Of a stretch of DNA of 64,000 bases, positions 55,136 through 64,000 are shown piece after piece. The notes under the pieces are model-generated. The model was not told where the DNA came from. It was given only the letters and a program-made list of their open reading frames with translations, and searched no databases. The number at the start of each line of letters is the position of its first letter. Within the stretch, counting starts at the first letter, position 1. This stretch comes from Octopus vulgaris (taxonomy: Eukaryota): contig OX597833.1 of NCBI GenBank assembly GCA_951406725.2, positions 16,988,001 through 17,052,000 on the forward strand, in the 5' to 3' direction. A program made the translations under genes and the position numbers.

Positions 55136-55531
55136 ACTAGCAGTATCGCCCGGCGTTGCTCGGGTTTGTAAGGGAAATAACTATATAAGCATTTTTAGAG
55201 ATGTAAAGTATAATAGCCATCTTAATATGGCTAACCACAAAGGGGGGGTTACTGTAGCTTTTTACGTTCTGAGATTTTAATAATAAATTTTTAGAGAGTT
55301 ACTTCCCTTATATATGCCAAAAATGCATTAAAAATGTGAAAAATTGATGGTAAATTTTTTTTTAAATCGTAGACTCATCGTAGACACGCGCTAATACCCA
55401 GAAGGGCTCGATATGAATCACGACTATAAGATACCCGCTTTTGGTTAAACTGCACCGCGAAATGTGGGAGTAGTTAGGAATCTAAATCGTGGGAGACAGA
55501 CAGCACACAACCTCTCTTTTATATATAAAGA
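55136..55531. mobile_element. HINE-like element, second subfamily
   Basis: Same actagcagtatcgcccggcgttgctcggg start and tttatatataaaga end, but a different interior. Confidence 0.6.
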
Positions 55532-57087
55532 TATAGTTACTCCAAACATGAACAAAGAGAAAACACATCAACGCGAGGGCGTAGAAGAAGTATAGTGTTA
55601 TTGGACGCTCAGGAAAGAAAAGAAAGGAGGATTTAACGTCAGAAATATAGAAAAAAGGAAAAGTCCAAGGAAGGGAAAACGGAGATAGAATATCGCCAAC
55701 GATACACACGCGGTCCCAAAATCATAAGACTTTTTATTCAATCCAAAATTAATATTGGTTTCAAATTTTGGCACAAAGCCAGCAATTTCAGGGGGTGGAA
55801 GACGATTACATCCACCCACCAGTTTTCAAATAGCACTTATTTTATCATCGACACCGAATGGATGAAAGAAGAAAGTTGACCTCGGCGCAACTCGAACACA
55901 GAAACGTAAAGACGAACGAATCGCCGCTAAGCATTTTGTCCGACGTGCTAACGATTGTGCCAACTCACCACCTTACAGTCCAAAACAAATATTGCAAGAT
56001 ATTAATGATTCCAATTAGAATATATCTTCAAGAACACGTAATAGTTATTGTTTATTTTGAATGCTTCTATCGGATGATATATACTTTCCGTGTCCACCTT
56101 TCAGAATATTCACAATCGGTTCCTGTTATCATATCTAACGTGTCTCATACGCTTCAATACCGTTTTTCATTTTCATACCGACGTTCCTATTAACCGCATA
56201 AATCTCTCTAATCTACACGAGCCTGAAAAGATCCTAAATGAATACAGTTCTCTTCCACAATGACTAACGGATGAAGTTCCCATCTTGCCGATTAAGTCTA
56301 TAATTAGCCAACACATAGATTGACATTTTCCCCCGCCCGAAATGAAAAATGCCAGTGAAATTGTAATACGAGTTAAATATAATTATCAAAGCTAGTGATA
56401 AACGTTAATACCTTTATTAATGCTTGTATAATCTATCTTCTTGGCATGTGATTAATGTGTATTAGATAACAACTCCAAATTAATTTCGATATCAAAGATA
56501 ACAGATTTCTGTTTGCAAATATAAACGTTCTAATGCACATTTTCCCCCTCAATATCGGTGAACCGTCGAAATGAGAAAACATCAGGGTTGTAAAATACTG
56601 TGATTCTGTTTTCGGATATGTAAACAGAATTCTTCTCTGTAATTCCATTTAGCTTGACGTCTAGATCATTCTGTTTTTCTCTTATTTGTTTCAGGATATC
56701 AAAAAAAAAAACGTTGAACACAATGAGAAACGAAAACATAAAAACAAAAACATAGAAACGAACTTTTTTTCGAACTACGAAAAACAAAAACAAACAGAGA
56801 AACGAAACATGCAACATAAAAAATATTCCCCTTCTTCAGTTGTCCCTGTTTCATCTACTCGGCGTATTCAAAGACAAGGACAAGACGCGACTTCGTTGTA
56901 ACAGTCCTTCCCGCAAAGCAAATTAAATAAAATTTGGGATGCTTTGCGGAGGGTGAAAGTGGTAACAAGAATAGGACAGTGAGAACAAAACAGTAAAAAC
57001 AGTAAAAGATAGAACAATGAGAACAAAACAGCAAAAACAAACGATGAGGGCTGTTAAGCAAAGACGATGGAAAAATTATTCTGAACG

Positions 57088-57127
<40 letters not shown>

Positions 57128-58679
57128 GGCAGAGTTCCACACTGCTTCTGCCTACTAAATTCTTTCATAAGGAACTGGTCTCTCTAGGGCTGGTGGGGAA
57201 GCCTATAGTTAGCTCTGTGAGACTGAATCCGAATGTACGTGGTGGCAAAACAATATTTTCCCCCACACGACCATGCTTGCACCTATATTCTCAACGGCAC
57301 ACTCTTTCCTGCGTCTACACACACACACACATATGCATGTGCGTATGAGAGTCTGTATGTGTGTGCGTGTTCTATTACTACAGGTCAATTTGACAAGCAA
57401 CCTACAAAAGAATTCAAATAATTGTTAGAAGTTGTACAACACTTTGATAAAAATAACGTTTTCTTACTTAATTATAACTCAGATTTACTGGAGATGGTGT
57501 AACAAAATGATGGAGTAGCATCCATTCGTTTTTAGAAGCCATTGTCGTTACCTGTGCTATGTTATTAAATGAGGTCTTGTTGAACGATTTATTCAGAGAT
57601 AATGAGAGCGCTTTTCTGGAAAAATATCTTCTTTTTTTTGCATTTTTTTTCCCTTCTTTTCAAACCGGTTATTAGAAAATTGAAACCTGGATTTAGAATT
57701 CAGTTCCAAGGACGTTCGGTTGTAGAAGACAGTCTTGAAAATGAGATAACATACTTAATAACATTAAGAATGAGAATTGTTGAGTAGCTGACACTGGAAA
57801 TCTGGAATGGCAGGATTAATATTCGTCAAGGATATTTGCTTCGAGATAGGATTGAAACTACAATACGAAGCCCTCCACTGATTAAGTTTTCATGAAGAAC
57901 TGAAGGATATTAGCTTTGAGGAAATTTTCAGAAATAATTAAAGGAAAAATAACAAAATGTCAAGTGTTTTGGCTTTTCTGAGTGTGATTACTATGACGAT
58001 TGGATGGTTGTAAACCTCATTGTTTTGTAGTTTAAGGTTGGGCCACTACGAAATGTTCTCTTGCCTCCAGCACAATACTAGAGTTTTCTTTTATCCTTTT
58101 GTAAATAGAAAAGTTTTGCTTTTCTTATTTTACTTTTTTAATTTTTTCTCTGTGTGCGTGTGCGTGTGTGTGTTTTGAAGACACAGAGTAGATGGAAAAC
58201 GCGCAATTTTATTTTTTCATTGAGTTTAAATATTTCATCACAAACAATATCCTCGTTCATCGATCGCTTGTGGTGGGGGCGAACAATGTGTGAAAAATGA
58301 TAGTGAACAAAGCCAAATGATCTCCAGTAATTTACATTAAGTCTCTCCGTTCTAGGTTCAATTCTCAATGGGTTCAACAAGATATCTTTCCTTCCACCCA
58401 GAATGAATAAATGTCAGTATTTATAAAATGTTCTATTTCTTATTAGTAATCAACTCCAGTCAAACTGCTGCACCTTGGAATTCTCTTCCATCTCATTGTT
58501 TTCCTCCTTCATATGGCCTGAACTCTTACAAGTCAAAAGTAAATTCGTTCCTTTTGTCTTAATTTATTCTTCTTCATTGGCCCTTACTCTAAGTGGCTCC
58601 TCACTTTGTTTGCGACTTCCTTATAAAATGAAAACAACGTTTAGAAGTAGGGGACAGCCTTGAAAACAACCTTTACTAT

Positions 58680-58893
58680 CGATTTCAAATTTGGACACAA
58701 GGCCAGCAGTTTGAAGCGATGGGTTAAGTCGATTACATCGACCTCAGTGCATAATTGGTACTTAATTTATCGACCCCGAAAGGATGAAAGGCAAAGTCGA
58801 CCTCGGCGGAATTTGAACTCAGAACGTAACGGCAGGGGAAATACCGCTAAGCATTTCGCCCGGCGTGCTAAAGTTTCTGACAGCTCACTTCCT
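58680..58893 (-). mobile_element. SINE family A (further minus copies at 55755-55975, 11890-12075 and 6900-7085)
   Basis: Homology to other family A copies. Confidence 0.88.
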
Positions 58894-59467
58894 TCTATAA
58901 TACATCTAATATCACAAAGCAATAGAATTGTCAAATAGCTAATACTAGAAACCTGGAACCATACGATTAAAGTCTGTAGGATATAAACGTCAAGGAAACA
59001 GTTAACGTCTGTTCCAAGGAAACCAATATTATTTTTATACTGAGGCAATGGATGAGATAAATTACCTACTCCATTGTTCACTTTTTGTTGGATTTCTCCA
59101 GCTGTATGGTTTTACAAAGCTCACACGACATGATAACTGCGTTTACCCGTTCAGTCTTCATTTTACGGCAACCAGTTGCTGGATTTCGATCAAATCTACA
59201 TCTGCCGAACGAGACACCTTCACCTTTGGTAATTGTCCCATTTATTTGAATTTTATTTTGCATAGTTTCGTTAATGAGTTAGGTTTGTGAAGGGTTGCCT
59301 TCCCATGGGCGTCTTTTTCTTTTTCGTGATATTACTAGGAAGATCACCAATAACAATTAAAGATACCTTCCTGGAGATGAGTGAAGAAGGTAAGATATGA
59401 TGATTTAAAGTGAAAAAGGAAAAGACTGAGGTCATTGAACAAGGTGAATGCTACATAGTTGTTGCTG

Positions 59468-59993
59468 TCTTCTTCTTCTTCTTCTCCTCCTCCTTCTTCT
59501 TCTTCTTCTTTTTCTTTCAATCAGGACTCACGCCATTAGCCACAAGGAATAGTCCTCTAATTCGAGCCTACCCTAAGCTACTAAGAATGCGTGTGGCAAC
59601 TTGAAGATCCATCCACCATACGCGATAGATTGGCGGTTGCACGGGTGCGAAAGCTACGCTGTTATCCTCATTCCGTAAACGGTGGCTTTTAACGGGTGGA
59701 GAGCTGAATCATCCTGGGGTACAGAGGATTCGCAATCTAGACTAGGGTCTGAAAGTTTTACCACACCATAGTGGGTTACACGTTGGTTCCTCTGCTTTGT
59801 GGTAGAAGTGGGAAGAAAGAGTGAGAGAAAGTTGTGGTGAAAGAGTACAGCGGGGTTCACCACCACCCGCCGGAGAACGTGGAGCTCAGTGGTTTTTGCT
59901 CAATAAACACTCACAATACCCAGTTTGGGATTCGAAACCGCGTTCTTACGACCGCGAGTCCGCTGCCCTAACCACTGGGCCATTGCGCCTCCA
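59468..59993 (-). mobile_element. tRNA-derived SINE with a (GAA)n tail
   Basis: Minus-strand head tggaggcgcaatggcccagtggttagggcagcggactcgcgg...ttcgaatccc, the same head type as 28337. Confidence 0.65.
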
Positions 59994-59999
59994 CTAGTT

Positions 60000-60235
60000 G
60001 TTGCTGTCAGATGTTTGTGTAAATACCAAGCACACAAAATGGAATAAGACGCTTGAGGTGAATGTGAAGAGAATGAGTCTACAGAAAATTGTGTTGCGTG
60101 AGACTGCACGAATCCTCAGCAGAGTTGTCGAAACCTAAATAGAATTATCTTAGTTCACTGGTTGAGAACAGATGGCACTTTGTAATATTCTCCAGCAAAG
60201 TTGCTGCGTTAAACAAGATAATAATGATAACAATA
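60000..60235 (+). mobile_element. 3' end of another R4/Dong-type element
   Basis: LQKIVLRETARILSRVVET* followed by a tail running into taataatgataac. Confidence 0.65.
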
Positions 60236-60596
60236 ATAAACCCTGTCTAAGTGAAGGCGCATCGCTCAGTGGTTAGAGCATCGAGCTTACGATCGTGAGG
60301 TTGTGAGCTCGAATCCCGGACCAGGCAGCGTGTTGTGTTCTTGAGCAAGACACTTTATTTCACGTTGCTCCAGTTCACTCAGCTGTAGAAATGAGTTGCG
60401 ACGTCACAGTTGCCAAGCTGTATCTGCTGTTGCCTTTCCCTTGGATAAAACTGGTGACGTGGAGAGGGGCGGCTGGTATGCATGGGCGACTGCTGGTCTT
60501 CCATAAACAACCTTGCCCGGACTTGTGCCTGGGAGGGTAACTTTCTAGGTGCAATCCCATGGTCTGTGTCGTGACCGAAGGGGATCGCAGAACAAA

Positions 60597-61414
<818 letters not shown>

Positions 61415-62333
61415 GTGCTATTTATTAATAAATGTATATCAGTCACTTGGATACTAGAAACTATCTTTTTTAAGCAACTCCAATACATGAACGGTGGTAC
61501 ACCATCCATGCCATGGTAAATGATAAACAACAATATAACTGCGAAGTAAAGAAATATTTACAGTCGGTTCTATAGCCATCATGAAATAAGAATGTTTCAA
61601 GTAGAGTGCTAACGTCATTTACGTTTTGGCCTACTCTTGACCTCATTAAGGAATCTTCTACGAACAAACATTAAACCATTCTCTCTAGATAAAAGCATAA
61701 AACTATTTACAAGAGATAATAATCAGCGGGAGAAGCTGTTAAAATTAATTTATGAATTCTTTGAGTGCATAAAATTGAGTTTGGAAATTGGTAAATATGC
61801 CAAGAAGCGATAAGAAAAGACAAATTAACTCAAACAAATTAGTTCCAAGTACTGGAATCGACGGATGATACCTGAACGACTCTTAGATACAAAATGTAAG
61901 AGTAGTAGAAATTAGTAACAATCAACACGCTGAAATGAAGGGGGGGGATTGTAAAAGAGTGCCGAGAAGGTTTAAGATTCAGTGCTAGGGAAAGATAATG
62001 GTTATAAATACATTAGCCATCCATCCCCATTATCGAGTCTAAAACTTTGAAGTAACACAGCAGACGTTAAGTGATACTTTAAAACCAACATAGATAGGAT
62101 ATACCAACTCCAGAGCATGAATCAGATATTGGATTACTAAAAAGTAACAACAGGAGAACTAGAAAATATTTAGAAGCGAGGAAAACTGAAAACTGTAATT
62201 TGGGAACTAAAGGCAAATAAAAATGCTTTCTTGATATATAAGGAAACAATGGATTGCAAATGAGAAACTAAAATACTGAAAAGAAAAACAGGAGAAACGA
62301 GATAAGGGCGAAATACTGAATTGGATAAACAAC

Positions 62334-63045
62334 AGGAGCGGCTGTGTGTTAAGTAGCTTGCTAACCAACCACATGGTTCCGGGTTCCATCCACTGTGTGG
62401 CATCTTAGGCAAGTGTCTTCTGCTATAGCCCCGGGTCGACCAATGCCTTGTGAGTGGATTTGGTAGACGGAAACTGAAAGAAGTCTATCGTATATATGTA
62501 TATATATATATGCATGTGTGTGTGTTTGTGTGTCTGTGTTTGTCCCCCTAGAATTGCTTGACAACTGATGCTGGTGTGTTTACGTCCCCGTAACTTAGCG
62601 GTTCGGCAAAAGAGACCGATAGAATAAGTACTGAGCTTACAAAGAATAAGTCCCGGGGTCGATTTGCTCGACTAAAGGCGGTGCTCCAGCATGGCCGCAG
62701 TCAAATGACTGAAACAAGTAAGAGAGTAACTAAATAATATGCAATTGAAATTCTACAGTACATTGAAAGGAAACTTTTTAATACGATTTTATCCCAAACA
62801 AGGCTTGAGGTCGTTACTTTTTACTCTTTTACTCTTTTATTTGTTTCAGTCACTTGACTGCGGCCATGCTGGAGCACCGCCTTTAGTCGAGCAAATCGAC
62901 CCCAGGACTTATTCTTTGTAAGCCCAGTACTTATTCTATCGGTCTCTTTTGCCGAACCGCTAAGTTACGGGGACGTAAACACACCAGCATCGGGGACAAA
63001 CACAGACACACAAACATACACACACACACACGCCCACACACACAT

Positions 63046-63076
<31 letters not shown>

Positions 63077-63240
63077 GATGACGGGCTTCTTTCAGTTTCC
63101 GTCTACCAAATTCACTCACAAGGCTTTGGTCGACCTGAAGCTATAGTAAAAAACACTTGCCCAAGGTGTCACGCAGTGGGACTGAACCCAGAACCATGTG
63201 GTTGGTAAGGAAGCTACTTACCACACAGCCACTCCTGCGT
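62334..63240. mobile_element. Tail-to-tail inverted pair of SINE B (62334-62728 plus; 62815-63240 minus)
   Basis: Homology; ~85-bp spacer. Confidence 0.92.
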
Positions 63241-63249
63241 AAGAGATTA

Positions 63250-63522
63250 TAAAGAAGGAAAGGAAGGGGCCAAAAATTTAAAAATCTGTCAAGTGATAGA
63301 AAGTTTAAAGGACTAAATATGGAAGCCTTTAGGAATATAAGAGGATGGTAATGAGTTCCAGGGAGCAGCAGTTCGAGAAAACAAGCCATTGGAATAAAAA
63401 GACTTGTAATTTTAATAGGAAAATAACAAAGAATAAAGCACATGGGAAGAGAAGCGACTGACATGTTTAAAGATCTTGACCAGAAAGTTCATCAGAGCAA
63501 TGTCACTTGAAATGAATATATA
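63250..63522 (-). pseudogene. CR1/L2-group LINE RT C-terminal remnant
   Basis: Minus strand HCSDEL...LFSRTAAPWNSLP...SFK. Confidence 0.6.
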
Positions 63523-63672
63523 AGCGCACACACTCACACACCTTGGTTGCCCCGGAGATATAGTAGAAAGCTCTTATCCGAGGTATTGCACATTGGGACT
63601 ATGTGATTGCAAAGTGAGCTTCTTAACAGCCATACCTGCGTCTCTCTCTCACTCTCTCCAAGCATATGTCTA

Positions 63673-63735
<63 letters not shown>

Positions 63736-63748
63736 ACATGTATGTATG

Positions 63749-63800
<52 letters not shown>

Positions 63801-64000
63801 CGAGGGGCGTTCAATAAGTAATGCCTCTGACCCACTTGCAGTTGTTTGATCTAGCTGAAATTTTGCATGTGCAATTATTTATATCTCTATAGATTAAGTG
63901 GCGAATTACACCTCTGAACTTATTGTGGTTTCTGATTTACAGGTGTTTGAACTGAGTCAAGTGTGAAATGGAGCCTGTTGAGTGTCGAGCAGTGATCCGG
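63801..64000 (+). mobile_element. 5' end of a second copy of the 31737-33028 mariner (runs off the window; ATG at 63968)
   Basis: Same TIR and leader, then MEPVECRAVIR. Confidence 0.95.

Noticed and set aside
56800-56960. Minus-strand CTGAAGAAGGGG plus a nearby hairpin as a ribozyme
   Set aside because: No closing stem II/GAAA in this copy; only an imperfect hairpin can be supported.

Overview
AT-rich, repeat-saturated eukaryotic DNA. It is most likely an octopus (coleoid cephalopod) intronic or intergenic region; this is inferred from the SINE families and microsatellite load, not proven. No intact host protein-coding gene is recognisable, and almost all listed ORFs are microsatellite or SINE artefacts. 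Contents: (1) three or more tRNA-derived SINE families in more than 40 copies, including a head-less tandem 5-mer and inverted pairs; (2) a pile-up of 5'-truncated R4/Dong-type (REL endonuclease) non-LTR retrotransposons inside (TAA)n tracts; (3) a second REL-type element tied to (TACA)n; (4) several mariner/Tc1 elements and MITEs, plus Helentron-type non-autonomous elements; (5) many Penelope-like (PLE, GIY-YIG) remnants with foldback termini. The most notable signal is a set of hammerhead ribozymes read directly from the sequence. One is an intact type I hammerhead just downstream of an RT-less GIY-YIG ORF (46.7-47.9 kb). Another is an AUC-site hammerhead at 50.7 kb. The rest belong to a ~190-bp non-coding family lodged mostly in (TA)n tracts that carries minimal hammerheads with covarying stems. 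Two short motif clusters (11.7-11.9 kb, 28.75-28.85 kb) look like housekeeping promoters with no identifiable gene. Coordinates of degenerate elements are approximate.
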